Source: Lytechinus pictus (lineage: Eukaryota). Taken from it: a stretch of DNA of 64,000 bases. Shown in pieces: positions 63,144 through 64,000 of this stretch. The stretch spans positions 50,220,001 to 50,284,000 of the forward strand of contig NC_087246.1 of assembly GCF_037042905.1 (NCBI RefSeq), given 5' to 3'. Every line of letters begins with the position of its first letter. Positions within the stretch are counted from its first letter, which is position 1. The translations under genes were made by a program, and so were the position numbers. The notes beneath the pieces are model-generated. The model ran no database searches, was not told the DNA's origin, and saw only the letters and a list, made by a program, of their open reading frames with translations.

Positions 63144-64000
63144 GTGACACACAGTTATTTTATATGGTCGTTTATTAGTTCTGCCCGACCCAGGTGAAGC
63201 TCATGGGTATACCTGTTACTATAAAGGCATGGAAATTACTTGCAAGCGCAGATAAAATGCTATCTAATAATCTCTTTAGCAAATGATTACCTGAGGTTAG
63301 AGAGCATAAGGTCAAAACCTTTATATCCGAGGCAATATTAGATGTAGATATAGCGTCTACATTCACATCACCGAAGTAATAATAGTTTCTCTCATCCACT
63401 AAAGACTAATAAAGTTGATTATTTGCTTTATATAACATACCGTAAACAATTGTATTGAAAACGTTTGTTTTAATCGCGCGTGTGTGTAATGTGCGCGTAT
63501 TTAAATCTTTTTCAAAAGATAGTATACAGTGCAACGCACTTTTGGACAAATCTGCATTCACTTTTCGCCAATCAGACAGTCACCTCCTATGTAGAACATA
63601 ATATGCGCTGTTACATGTAAACATCTGCAGTGTACTACTCTGTTGTCGGTTGATTTGTTTTGAACTAGACATGCTAAATGGTACTGTACTTACAAGTGGT
63701 TCGTAATGAATATGAATAACAAACTGAAACTCTACAATCAATCACGTACCATGCATTAATTTTTGTTCAATATGTTGATCTAACACTCAAAAGAAAGTTA
63801 TCAAATTCCATCCTTTTCTTTTCATTTGTGCCGAAGAGTGGTATTCTTTAAAGAATGGCCGTCAATTTATAAGAAAAGATGATGTATGTCCGTGGGAAAA
63901 TATGGAAATGTTATATTGTTTCGATCTTCATTTTTCTTTGGTAATCGTGTATTATCGTGAAAAAAGCCCTTCAAAATGTCATGATTTTGAATGTCATCGT

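Overview
AT-rich, intron-containing animal DNA with two assembly gaps (22615-22771, 23833-24485). It is most likely a sea urchin/echinoid, inferred from the repeat families and GPCR type. I spliced four protein-coding genes by hand from GT-AG sites and reading phase. Three form a cluster of small single-pass CUB-LDLa-TM membrane proteins: gene A on + (9647-15913), and genes B (19089-26461) and C (28824-32840) on -. B and C are LDLRAD2-like and share an SDQ-type LDLa module, a juxtamembrane WRPGY motif and Cys-rich tails. The fourth is a two-exon class A GPCR on - (46642-55611) with an NRL motif in place of DRY. Non-coding DNA is dense in MITEs (8-bp TSD hAT-like, TTAA Kolobok-like, CWG Harbinger-like) and tRNA-derived SINEs. 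The most unexpected signal is a ~560-nt tract (48745-49304) in the GPCR intron that folds by eye into many nested helices, contains a duplicated hairpin, and has G-U wobbles favouring the + (antisense) strand. It is a candidate structured ncRNA, and it overlaps a possible alternative GPCR C-terminal exon. All models are manual predictions with no database or expression support.
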